DNA of 63,624 bases, from IMG/VR virus record IMGVR_UViG_3300046167_000634, positions 1 through 63,624 of that record; one strand, written 5' to 3'. Positions 21,505 to 31,775 of the stretch are shown here, piece after piece. Every line of letters begins with the position of its first letter. The first letter of the stretch is position 1. The translations under genes were made by a program, and so were the position numbers. The notes below the pieces were generated by a model, which saw only the letters and a program-made list of their open reading frames with translations, searched no databases and had not been told where the DNA came from. This DNA comes from a virus (taxonomy: Duplodnaviria; Caudoviricetes).

Positions 21505-24500
21505 ATGTTTGAAATTTATACAGTTAACGGTGAAAAATATAAAGTATCACCTGATAGGAAAAAGGATTTTTTAGCTAAATTTCCAAACGCTCAATTATTT
21601 GAAGAGCCGGGAAAGACACCACCCACGACACCGGATGCGGTTGTGGAGGAAACTGCAGCATCCAATCAACCGAGTATGGAATTAGATTCGGTAGATACTT
21701 CATTGGAATTACAAGAGCCAATTAGCATTAGAAAAAAACAAAGATTACAAGAGCTTGAAAAAATTTCTTTAAATTCTATTAATCAAGGAACAACTAGTTC
21801 TTTGGGTGATATTAAAAAAAATGAACAAAGAAAAGGTTTTTTAGGCTCGTTGGTGTTATCATTATCTAAAATTCCAGCTAATTTGCAAAAGCAAGAAATA
21901 GGCATTAGAGATTTTATTCTTCTTAATTTAGATAAATTAGTTAATCCCGGTGATTCTAGAGAAGAAAGAATTAAAAGATTAAATGAATACTGGAATAATG
22001 ATGATGATCCTATGATAGGATTTCCTGGGCTTGGAATTATTCAATCAGCAGATACTAAAGAAGAGGCTGTTGAGGTAATTAAAGAAATACGAAATAAACA
22101 GCGCAAAACAGAAACAGAAAGTCTTTCTAAAGCGTTTAAAGAAGGTGACTATACTGATTCAGCATTTCTTGCGGCTGATGGATTAATACAAGCGCTGCCC
22201 TCTATAGCATTTAGCATGTATGGAGCCGGCGGTTTTGCGGTACACGGCGCTTTAATCGCTGGTGAAAAATGGGGGGATGAAATATTAGAAAATCCAGAAT
22301 CTACTGAATTAGCTATTGCTGGTAACGCTATAGCCACAGGAGCATTACAAGCGGCAAGTGATTGGGCCTTCAGGGGCTTATTAAAAAATGCGGGAGTAGT
22401 CGCTAAAGAAACTTCTGCAAAAGCAGCTAAAGAATATTTAAAAAATGGTTTTTTACAAACTGCTAAAAAATTTGCTGTTATACCAGGGGAGGGAGCAACA
22501 GAAGTTGTTCAAAATATAGCTAATAAATATTTAGATTTATACACATTAGGCAAAGAATTTAAATTTTCAAATATAAAAAATGAATTAATTGACGAATTTG
22601 TTATAGGAACTTTAATGAGCGGGGGAGTTACATTAGCTTCTTATGCTTCGGGAGCTTCAGATGCTCAAAAAGCTTATGCTGAAGGTGTACTAATGCCAGA
22701 AGATCAAAAAGCTAAATTAAATTTTTATGTTGATAAATATAATGAATTAGGCACGCAATATTCTAATGAATCAAATGATTTATCCAGAAAACAGATAGGA
22801 TTAGAATTAAAAAACGTAGAAAGTAATATTTCTTCTTTGCGTAGAAAATATAGAACAGCATTATATTCTATGAATTCGGAGCAATTAAATGAATATGCTA
22901 AAAATAAAGATAAAATATTAAAAATAAAAGAAAATATAGATTTGTCCTCTACGCCTGAAGGGCGAAATATTTTATTTAAAGAAATTGATATTTTAAATCA
23001 AAATAATAATGAAATTATTCAAGAGGCTGTAAAAATAAAATATAATGAAACTACAGCTAAAGCAGAAAAAGAAGCAGAAAAATTAGGTGTAAAGTTTACT
23101 AAATTTGAAAAAGCAATTGAATATCAAAATTATTTAGAGAGTTTAGGTGGCAATGAATTGTATAGCTCTAATGAAGGTGTTATTGTACAAAAAGATGGCA
23201 AGCAAGAAATAATTATAAATGAAGAAGCTGCTCAAGATAATACAGCGGTTAATGTAGCAGCGCACGAACTTTTGCATGCTGTTTTATACCGCACTTTAAA
23301 AGGAAAAGACGCAACTTCTGTAAAACTTGGAGATGCTTTAATAAATCAAATAAGTAAAATTAATATTAACAAAGTAAAAGATTCTGATTTAGCAAATAGA
23401 CTTAGAAATTATTTGCTAGAGCCGGAAGCAATTCAAGGGGAAGAAGCTTTAACTTTATTTTCTGATGCGCTTGCTACCGGGGATATACAATTTAATAATA
23501 ATATATTTAACTCAATAGGAGACGGCTTTAGAAGAATACTACAAAATAAAGGTTTTAAATCTATAAAATTTGACACCGGAAGAGATGTGTATAATTTTAT
23601 AAAAGATTATAATAAAAATGTTGAAAAAAATAATCTGGGAAAAGCTATTGAAAAAGTAGCTAAAGAAGGCGCTCGTGGTAAATTAGTTTCTGATACCGAA
23701 GCTACTGCCGGTATTGAATCTATATTAAAAGAATCTCGCTCGCAAGAAGCGTCAGATCGTGTGCAAAAAATATACGATGCCCAAGGCATAACCGGAGCGT
23801 TTGAAATAATTGAAGAATTTAAACCTATTACATTAAAAATAACGCGCAAAAGACGTGAGGCCCCAAACTATGATGAAGAACTTTTATCTTCTGAAATAGA
23901 AATTGGTAAAGGAGGATTGCTTGATTTAATAAAATCGTATAATCCTGAATCAGGGGTACCATTGGCGGCTTATATAAATAAAAATTTACCTTTAAGGGCC
24001 ATTGCAGCATCGAAAAGAATGTTAGGCGAACAATTTACAGAAGATGTAACTGAGCTCCGTGATGTTGCAATACAAGAAGAAATTAGTCGTAAAGAAGAAA
24101 TAGAAGAGCGAAAAATTGCTGAAGAAATAAAGTCTTTACGTAAACAAATAGGTTTATCAGAAGATCTTGTTGCTCGAACAAAAGACGCTGTAATAAAAAC
24201 CTTTGGCACAAAACTGCCATCTCCCGAGGATCCTAAATTTAAATTAGCATTACAAAATGCTTTCAGGGTAGAGCTTAAAAAACCTATAGCTAAGTTTGTG
24301 GGTAGACAAGCTGACTACGAAAACTTTCTTAGAAATAATTTTGAAGTAATATATGATAAATTAACTATTAATACTATTGCTAAAAGATTTAGAAATTTTG
24401 CAGAGCCAGTTATAGATAAAAGAACTGGTAAACAAGCACGAGAAAAGACTGATGAAGGCAATAAGATATTTAAAAAGAAAAAGCTAACTAAAGCTGAATT

Positions 24501-27500
24501 TATTGGGTATTTTTTAGGTAGCAATGTTGGTAGATCTACGCAGGGCACACGTAAAACAGCAATAGTGGAAGCTATAGCTGAAGAGATTGCTTTTGATGCT
24601 ACTATGGAAGTGTTACGTGACCCTATGGTTACAGAAAGATATTTACAAATATCTGAACTTATTGGCGATCCATTGCCAGAAAACTTTAAATCTTTAATTG
24701 CTAAACAAATTGATAGAGGCGAAGACTTTAAATTTTCAAAAAGTATATTAAATATATCTAAAAACGAATATGGATTAAATGAACAAGAATTATCAAAAAT
24801 ATTAAATAATACAAATTTAAAAAAGCTCGATGCCCAATATTCTTTAATAGCTGATAATATAATTTACGAAGCTAACCCAGTAGATATTAAATTTAGCCTT
24901 AGTACTAAAGCAGATTCTAAATGGGAGCAAAATCCCCTAAATCCATTAGCTGTTTATGATAAAAAATATGATTTTAAAGTAGGGGAAATTAATTACCAAA
25001 TTTCAATTATCACAGCTAAAGAAGCTGGCTATGATTACGAAATATTTGAAGGGAGCTACGGACTAGAAGATAATGCTATAATTAATGACCAAAAGTCAGT
25101 TGCATTAGCCTTTAGTACTGAATCTGGAAGAACAGGTATTACGGGAGATGGAGTTGAAAAGCGCACTAATGCGTTTAAGGTATTTGGTATTGTTGGAAAT
25201 AGTGTTATAGATTTAATTAAAAAAGATAATTTAAATTCTATTACATTTACCGCTAAAGAAGAAAGCAGACAGCGATTATATCAATCCCTATCAAATAAAT
25301 TTGCGGAAGAGCTTGGCTGGGAAATATATGATTTTGTTAACGACGATAGCGGGCTATCATTTTTAGTTTATGATCCAAAAATAACATCTGAAGAAAGCGT
25401 AGTTTTAAATACTCCATCTATAAAGTTTAGTAAATCTAAAGACTATCAGTTTACAGCAAAAGATGTATTGGCTAATGCGAAAGCATGGCGTAATTTTTCA
25501 AACAAACATTTTGAACAGTCAAAAATATACCAAGAAAAAATAGGTGATATTAGCAAAAAAGGGGGTGCCGTTAGACCCTCTAATATAATAAATAGAAATA
25601 TTATAAAAAATTTTGATAAGCTATCTAGTGAAGAAAAAAAGATTGTTGAGACTAAAATTGAAGAGCATCGGCAAAAAATTATTAATTATAAAACAAAAAA
25701 CAAAAAAAGCATCCGCCCAGAAAATATATATTATAAAAGCCCCGCTGTTGCATATGGTAAAAATTATGAGTCTATTAAAGAAAATATTAAAAATGGTAAA
25801 ATATTTGAATTAACCGAAGCTTATTCTAAAATTTATACCGATATGTGGGTTGCTTATTTTGAAATACTTAAAGAAAATCCAGATATGTATGATTTTCTTG
25901 AAATGTCTTTACAAACATCTAATAATGATGTAGCTCATTGGCAAAGACTAGGGGCTAGATTCACTGGTGTTGACCCGCAAGCACGGCAAGAAATACTTAA
26001 AAACAAAAAAGGCAAAACTATATATAGGTTTACAACTAAAACAGGTAAAAAAATCCCGGTTTTACGCACATATGAATTTGAGCATGCAGTACAAAACCAC
26101 CTGAACTGGTCTAAGAATTTAGAATTAGCAAAAAAACTTTCTAAAAAAGAAAACGGCAAAGAACTATATATTAAAGAAATTGAAAAAGCTAAAGAAAATT
26201 ATACTTTATTTGCTCTTTCTGTTTCTGACGCCAGAAAAGTTGATAAAGCGGGATATAGTCTAGAAATGCCTACAAATTGGAAAACATTTTTAGACAGATA
26301 TTTTAATCCTAAAGTTTCAAAAATAAACGGCGGAATTGATACAGAAAAAATATCTATAATAAAATATGAAAATAGCAAAGCAATTATTGATGATTCAACA
26401 GTAAAAAGTGTTTATAATATTAACAACGACGGGAGCCAGCTTAAATATTCTAAATCTGCTAGAGCAGCTGAATTTAATAAAATAATTGAAAGAGCTACTG
26501 GCTTTAAAACTAGAACTAAACTGGCAGAAGTTAAAGCAGATAAGCTTGCTAAAAATAAAGGCAAATTTAGATTTTTTATCCCGGCATCGGCTGATGATTT
26601 TGCTGGGCTACTTTATTATATAACAGGCAAAAGAAAGCAAGGTGATGCTGATATGCAATATTTTAAAGAAACATTTTTTGACCCATTTGCTAAAGGCATA
26701 GCTAAGTTTGATGAGTCAAAGCAAAGAGCGCTTGCTAATTTTAAAGAACTTAAAAAGTTAATAAGAAAAACACCAGCTAGATTATCTAAACAAAACGAAA
26801 CGGGCTTTACAAACGAAGAAGTTGCTCGTATATATATATGGGATAGTTTAGGGTATGATATTCCGGGTTTAACTAAAAAAGATATAAAGGAAGCTGTAAA
26901 GTTTGTTAAAAACAATAATGAGCTATTAGAATTTGCGCAAAATGTAAAAGGTATATCTGTGCTAGGATATCCGAAGCCAGATAATGGGTGGATAGCAGGT
27001 ACAATGACTACTGATTTACTTTCTTATGTTAATGAAACAGTCAGGGCTGATTTCCTTAAAGATTGGAAAACAAATGTAGACGCAACACTTAAAAAGCCTG
27101 ATGTATTAAATAAACTTAAAGCAACTTACGGAGAAAATTATACAGAAGCATTAGAAGACATTTTATTTCGCATGGAGACTGGTAGGCGCAGGCCAATGGG
27201 TAATAATAAGTTAACTAATCAAGTTATGAACTGGGTTAATGATTCCGTTGGTGCAATTATGTTTTTTAACACAAGATCAGCACTATTACAACAGCTTTCT
27301 TTTGTTAACTTTATTAACTTTAGTGATAACAATCCATTAAAAGCAGGAGCGACATTTACAAACCAAAAACAATTTTGGGCAGATTACGCTAATTTATTTA
27401 ATTCTGATTTTTTAAAACAAAGGCGTTCAGGGTTAAAAACAGATGTAAATGCAGATGAAATTGCAAAAGCGGCCGAGTCCGGTAAAAACCCAATTAGATC

Positions 27501-28491
27501 TGTTATAGCCTCTATACTTAAAAAAGGCTTTTTGCCAACCCAATTCGCAGATTCTCACGCAATAGCTTTAGGTGGCGCAAGTTTTTATAGGAACCGTATT
27601 AATAGGTATAAAAAGGAAGGTAAATTGCAACAAGAAGCAGAGCAGCAAGCGTTTTTAGATTTTCAAGAAATTGCAGAAGAAACGCAGCAATCTTCACGCC
27701 CTGACAGAATTTCTATGCAGCAAGCAAGTCCCCTAGGTCGTATTATATTAGCTTTTGCTAATACACCTATGCAATATGCTCGTTTAACTAAAAAAGCTGC
27801 TTTAGACTTAGCCAATGGACGTGGCGATTGGAAAACTAATTTAAGTAAGCTAATGTATTATAGTTTTATTCAAAACGTAATATTTACAGCATTGCAAGGA
27901 GCAATGTTTGCTATGATATTTGACGAAACAGATGATGAAGAAAAAGAAAAAGATAAATATTATAGAGCAGTCAATAATATATCCGATTCTTTACTTAGAG
28001 GTTTAGGATTTGGCGGTGCAGCAGTTGCAACAAGCAAAAATATGATTCTTGAAGCTATAAAACAATACAAAAGTAAACGACCAGATTATACAACTGTAGC
28101 ATTAAAATCTTTAAGCTTATCCCCGCCAATAGATTCAAAAATTAGAAAATTACAATCCGCTGGTAGAACTTTTACATATAGACAATCAAAAGAAAAAATA
28201 TTTACTGAAGGATTAAGTTTAGATAATCCAGCTTTTGAAGCAGTAGGTCAAATAATAGCGGCAACTACAAATTTACCAGCGGATAGAGTAATTAGGAAAA
28301 TGGATAACCTTTCTACGCCAATTAGGCAAGATGTTGAAACCTGGCAGGCTATATCGCTTGCGCTTGGCTATTCCAAATGGGATGTAGGTTTGATAGAAAC
28401 TAAAACTAAAAAACCTACTAAAAAGAAACAACTTTCTAAAAAACAAAAAGAAAAGAAAAGAAAAAAACAAACATTAAAAAGATTTGAGTGA
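21505..28491 (+). CDS. Giant multidomain internal virion (polyvalent) protein: zincin HExxH, sigma70 region-2-like segment, further domains
   Basis: 2328 aa; AAHELLHAVL (HELLH at 23263-23277); GLLDLIKSYNPESGVPLAAYI; repeated KFSKS-like linkers. Confidence 0.8.
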   Translation: MFEIYTVNGEKYKVSPDRKKDFLAKFPNAQLFEEPGKTPPTTPDAVVEETAASNQPSMELDSVDTSLELQEPISIRKKQRLQELEKISLNSINQGTTSSLGDIKKNEQRKGFLGSLVLSLSKIPANLQKQEIGIRDFILLNLDKLVNPGDSREERIKRLNEYWNNDDDPMIGFPGLGIIQSADTKEEAVEVIKEIRNKQRKTETESLSKAFKEGDYTDSAFLAADGLIQALPSIAFSMYGAGGFAVHGALIAGEKWGDEILENPESTELAIAGNAIATGALQAASDWAFRGLLKNAGVVAKETSAKAAKEYLKNGFLQTAKKFAVIPGEGATEVVQNIANKYLDLYTLGKEFKFSNIKNELIDEFVIGTLMSGGVTLASYASGASDAQKAYAEGVLMPEDQKAKLNFYVDKYNELGTQYSNESNDLSRKQIGLELKNVESNISSLRRKYRTALYSMNSEQLNEYAKNKDKILKIKENIDLSSTPEGRNILFKEIDILNQNNNEIIQEAVKIKYNETTAKAEKEAEKLGVKFTKFEKAIEYQNYLESLGGNELYSSNEGVIVQKDGKQEIIINEEAAQDNTAVNVAAHELLHAVLYRTLKGKDATSVKLGDALINQISKININKVKDSDLANRLRNYLLEPEAIQGEEALTLFSDALATGDIQFNNNIFNSIGDGFRRILQNKGFKSIKFDTGRDVYNFIKDYNKNVEKNNLGKAIEKVAKEGARGKLVSDTEATAGIESILKESRSQEASDRVQKIYDAQGITGAFEIIEEFKPITLKITRKRREAPNYDEELLSSEIEIGKGGLLDLIKSYNPESGVPLAAYINKNLPLRAIAASKRMLGEQFTEDVTELRDVAIQEEISRKEEIEERKIAEEIKSLRKQIGLSEDLVARTKDAVIKTFGTKLPSPEDPKFKLALQNAFRVELKKPIAKFVGRQADYENFLRNNFEVIYDKLTINTIAKRFRNFAEPVIDKRTGKQAREKTDEGNKIFKKKKLTKAEFIGYFLGSNVGRSTQGTRKTAIVEAIAEEIAFDATMEVLRDPMVTERYLQISELIGDPLPENFKSLIAKQIDRGEDFKFSKSILNISKNEYGLNEQELSKILNNTNLKKLDAQYSLIADNIIYEANPVDIKFSLSTKADSKWEQNPLNPLAVYDKKYDFKVGEINYQISIITAKEAGYDYEIFEGSYGLEDNAIINDQKSVALAFSTESGRTGITGDGVEKRTNAFKVFGIVGNSVIDLIKKDNLNSITFTAKEESRQRLYQSLSNKFAEELGWEIYDFVNDDSGLSFLVYDPKITSEESVVLNTPSIKFSKSKDYQFTAKDVLANAKAWRNFSNKHFEQSKIYQEKIGDISKKGGAVRPSNIINRNIIKNFDKLSSEEKKIVETKIEEHRQKIINYKTKNKKSIRPENIYYKSPAVAYGKNYESIKENIKNGKIFELTEAYSKIYTDMWVAYFEILKENPDMYDFLEMSLQTSNNDVAHWQRLGARFTGVDPQARQEILKNKKGKTIYRFTTKTGKKIPVLRTYEFEHAVQNHLNWSKNLELAKKLSKKENGKELYIKEIEKAKENYTLFALSVSDARKVDKAGYSLEMPTNWKTFLDRYFNPKVSKINGGIDTEKISIIKYENSKAIIDDSTVKSVYNINNDGSQLKYSKSARAAEFNKIIERATGFKTRTKLAEVKADKLAKNKGKFRFFIPASADDFAGLLYYITGKRKQGDADMQYFKETFFDPFAKGIAKFDESKQRALANFKELKKLIRKTPARLSKQNETGFTNEEVARIYIWDSLGYDIPGLTKKDIKEAVKFVKNNNELLEFAQNVKGISVLGYPKPDNGWIAGTMTTDLLSYVNETVRADFLKDWKTNVDATLKKPDVLNKLKATYGENYTEALEDILFRMETGRRRPMGNNKLTNQVMNWVNDSVGAIMFFNTRSALLQQLSFVNFINFSDNNPLKAGATFTNQKQFWADYANLFNSDFLKQRRSGLKTDVNADEIAKAAESGKNPIRSVIASILKKGFLPTQFADSHAIALGGASFYRNRINRYKKEGKLQQEAEQQAFLDFQEIAEETQQSSRPDRISMQQASPLGRIILAFANTPMQYARLTKKAALDLANGRGDWKTNLSKLMYYSFIQNVIFTALQGAMFAMIFDETDDEEKEKDKYYRAVNNISDSLLRGLGFGGAAVATSKNMILEAIKQYKSKRPDYTTVALKSLSLSPPIDSKIRKLQSAGRTFTYRQSKEKIFTEGLSLDNPAFEAVGQIIAATTNLPADRVIRKMDNLSTPIRQDVETWQAISLALGYSKWDVGLIETKTKKPTKKKQLSKKQKEKKRKKQTLKRFE

Positions 28492-28625
28492 TGGCAAAAG
28501 ACGCATGTTATAAAAAAGTAAAAGCACGTTACCGTGTATTTCCATCTGCTTATGCAAGTGGCGCAATAGCTAAATGCCGCAAGGTTGGAGCAAAAAACTG
28601 GGGAAATAAATCTAAAAAGAAATAA
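28491..28625 (+). CDS. Small basic protein
   Basis: MAKDACYKKVKARYRVFPSAYASGAIAKCRKVGAKNWGNKSKKK, coupled by TGATG; below the ORF-track cut-off. Confidence 0.65.
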   Translation: MAKDACYKKVKARYRVFPSAYASGAIAKCRKVGAKNWGNKSKKK

Positions 28626-28644
28626 ACTACGTAATCACATAGTA

Positions 28645-28920
28645 ATGGCAGTACGCAAAACAAAAAAAGGCGCATCGCTTAAACGTTGGTTTAAAGAAGA
28701 ATGGATTGATGTAAAAACAGGTAAGCCTTGCGGAAGACGCAAAGGCGAAGGCAGAGGTACGCCGTATTGCCGACCTAAAAAACGTATATCATCTGCTACG
28801 CCAAAAACTGCAGGCGAAATGTCCTCTGCTGAAAAACGTAAAAAAATTGTTGAAAAGAAAAGACTTGGACAACCATCTGGAAAACCTCGTCGTGTTAAAC
28901 CTGTAAAAAGAAAAAAATAA
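28645..28920 (+). CDS. Small basic protein (DUF5872-like)
   Basis: SLKRWFKEEWIDVKTGKPCGR...PYCRP; start placed at ATG 28645, 9 nt after a GTAAT motif. Confidence 0.65.
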   Translation: MAVRKTKKGASLKRWFKEEWIDVKTGKPCGRRKGEGRGTPYCRPKKRISSATPKTAGEMSSAEKRKKIVEKKRLGQPSGKPRRVKPVKRKK

Positions 28921-29204
28921 TGGCTCCAGAAATAAATGAAGGAACTAAAATTACGCTCGATTTAAAAACGATAGCATTGGTTATTAGCGGTGCTGTTGCA
29001 TTGGCAGCAATGTATTTTACGCTAAAAGCAGATATAGAAATAGCCAAAGAGCTTCCTGAGCCTACTATTAGCAGAACAGAATATGATTTAAAAGATCAGC
29101 TTATTCGTGAAACTATAATGAACACGCAATCTAAAGTAGAGGAAAATAGCGCAAAGCTTGATAAGATTGATGAAAAACTATATGAGATAATTGAAAACAA
29201 ATAA
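28920..29204 (+). CDS. Membrane protein with coiled coil (holin/spanin-like candidate)
   Basis: One TM segment (IALVISGAVALAAMYF) plus coiled coil, upstream of the endolysin. Confidence 0.5.
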   Translation: MAPEINEGTKITLDLKTIALVISGAVALAAMYFTLKADIEIAKELPEPTISRTEYDLKDQLIRETIMNTQSKVEENSAKLDKIDEKLYEIIENK

Positions 29205-29206
29205 AA

Positions 29207-29549
29207 ATGAAAACTTTAATCACTTCAATATTATTATTAATTTCTTTTTTATCTTATTGTCAAAACTATACTATTGTGCAAATAAACGCTTCTTGGAACA
29301 CACGCAATGATGTTAAACTACCTGATCGAAATAAATGGAAGTAAAGTTATTTATGGTATTTTAGAAGATCAGCCTGCGTCTATAAGAAAAAGCACTAAAG
29401 CTGTACCTATTATTGTAATATATAAAAACAATAAACCGCTTAGGCAATGGTCAGCTGATTTATCATTTAAATTAAATTTAACTAAAGACGAAATAGCAGA
29501 TGCGATTAGAAAAGATAAGCAAACATATAAGCGGGCGCGAAGCAACTGA
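29207..29549 (+). CDS. Secreted thioredoxin-fold-like protein without CxxC; frameshift near 29325
   Basis: Signal-like MKTLITSILLLISFLSYC, then IVQINASWN and KAVPIIVIYKN (thioredoxin pattern). Confidence 0.5.
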
Positions 29550-29970
29550 ATCTTATACGGCTAAAAGAAAAGGTATAGAAAATATACCAAATGAATACCA
29601 ACTTACTAATATGGTAGGCGTCGCAGAAAATGTATTTGAACCATTACGCGATTGGGTTGGCGGGCCTATAAAAATTAATTCTTTTTTTAGAAGTGTAGAT
29701 CTTAATAAAGCAATAGGCGGAAGTTCTAAGTCGCAGCATTGCCAGGGTAGAGCAATTGATATTGATGACGTGTATGGCCATAAAACAAACGCTGAAATGT
29801 ATAACTACATTAAAAACAATTTAGATTTTGATCAGCTTATATGGGAATTTGGGAACAGACGATAATCCTGATTGGGCTGCATGTAAGCTACGTATCTGCT
29901 GATGAAAACCGGAGGCGATGTTTAAAAGCTGAAAAACAAAAAGGGACGAACAGTGTATAGCATAATATAA
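29500..29970 (+). CDS. Peptidase M15A family endolysin; frameshifts near the 3' end
   Basis: PIKINSFFRS..LNKAIGGSSKSQHCQGRAIDID; FDQLIWEFG; (W)xHVSY in shifted frames. Confidence 0.85.
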
Positions 29971-30007
29971 AAAGAAAGGGGACTCAATTACGAATCCCCT
30001 TTTTTAT
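29971..30007. terminator. Bidirectional rho-independent terminator between convergent arms
   Basis: AAAGAAAGGGGA-CTCAATTACGAA-TCCCCTTTTTT. Confidence 0.8.
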
Positions 30008-31775
30008 TTACCCATCACAACTTAAACAATCTGGATCCATTGCTTTTGCTGCAATATCACCTCTGAGTACCGATTCGGTACGCATATAATATAAAGTCTT
30101 AACGCCTTTTTTCCACGCATCTAAATGCACTTGATTAATCCACTTAGGTGAAGCTTCAGAAGGAAACGCTAAGTTAAGTGATACAGCTTGATCAACATAT
30201 TGTTGTCTGATCCCAGCTTGATTAACCAGCTCTAATTGGTTTATTTCTTTAAAGGTTTTAAATACATCTTTGACTGTATCAAAGCCCGTTAAATCGAGCG
30301 ATTCTTGCTCTGAAATACGCGTAAGCTTTTTATTTACATATCCCCAATCATCTAGCTCAGGTATATCTTGTACACTGCCGCCATCGGCCATTATTTTATC
30401 CCACGTTTCATTAGTGTTAATACCTGCTTTACGAAGCACTTTAGTTAGCTCTTTGTTTTTCCTAATGAACGTACCCTTCGCACTTTGTTCAGTGAAAACA
30501 TTAGCGGCCCAAGGCTCAATACCAGGACTAACGTTACCGGCAAGCTTACTATTAGACACAGTAGGAGCAATAGCCCTAAGATGAGTGTTACGAAACCCAG
30601 TACCGCGGCACCACAAAGGTTCACCATAAACTTCAGCAAGAGCCCTAGATGCTCTTTCACTTTCAATTTTAATTTGCGAAAATATTCTTCGCGTTTCAAA
30701 CTGCGCTTGTAACCCCTCAAACGGGATTCCATTTTGCTGGAGGTATGTGTGCCATCCAAGTACGCCAAGGCCGATAGCTCTGCCTTTTTCTGCAGATCTG
30801 ACTGCATTTTCAAATCCTTTGAGTCCTTTTGCTTTTTGCAAATACTCTTCCAAGACGCCGTCAAGAAACCATATAGCGTCATATATAAGGTTTGTATTCT
30901 TCCACTCTTCATATTTAGTTAAATTTACTGATGATAAACAACAAACAAAGCTATGTGACTCATCTGTATGCAATGTAATTTCACTGCATATATTTGTCAT
31001 GTGTACCTTTAATGCGTTTTCTTTATATGCTTTTGGATTTGCTTTGTTAACATTTCCTTTAAACATGATATACGGCTCTCCAGTTGCTTTTCGTTTTCTA
31101 ATAAGTTTACTCCATCGAGTCCGCGCTTCCGAATCTCCTTGTTCAAGGCGTCGCATAAACTTATCACCAACAACTGCGCATTGATGAAGGTTGAGTGACT
31201 GTCTGTTAACGTCGCCTTTTGGTTCTCTAATTTCAAGCCACTCTTCAAAATCGTCGTGTTCAATATTGATATTGACTGATGCTGCGCCTCTGCGAACAGA
31301 GCCTTGATTAGTCGCGAGGATAGTTGAGTCGTAGATTTTGCAAAAGGGGACAACTCCGTCTGATGTTCCATTACCTGTAATTGTTGCTCCGGCAGGACGT
31401 ATCATATTTAATCCGATACCAACTCCCCCGCCGTGTTTAGCTAGTAACATCATTTCTAAATTTTTACCTCCTATGTCGGCTATGCTATCACCTACATCAA
31501 TGCCAAAGCAAGAAATAGGTAACCCAGCGATCAGTACCTGTGTTACTAAGTACAGGGCTAGCGAGGTTAAGCCAACCTTTCCAAATATAATCAAAAAACG
31601 TTTCACTCAGTTCCGGTTTGTACAATCGTCTTGCGACTGTTGTTGCGACTCTTTTGTATGCATCACGGGGTGACTCACCTTGCAGCAAATATCCCCCGGA
31701 TATAGTTTTCTTGTATACGTCGGTATCTCCCCAGATTGGGTAATCAATACCTTTTTTCCATTCATTATTCCACAT
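30008..31775 (-). CDS. nrdA: Class I ribonucleotide reductase alpha subunit; frameshift near 31530
   Basis: LASPVLSN; GLPISCF; TNICSEI; FVCCLSS; AIAPTVSNS; KTLYYMR; C-terminal CLSC. Confidence 0.93.

Noticed and set aside
21505-28491. Virion RNA polymerase as in crAss-like phages or N4
   Set aside because: I found no DxDxD or T7-type catalytic motifs in the translation; only zincin and sigma-like motifs.
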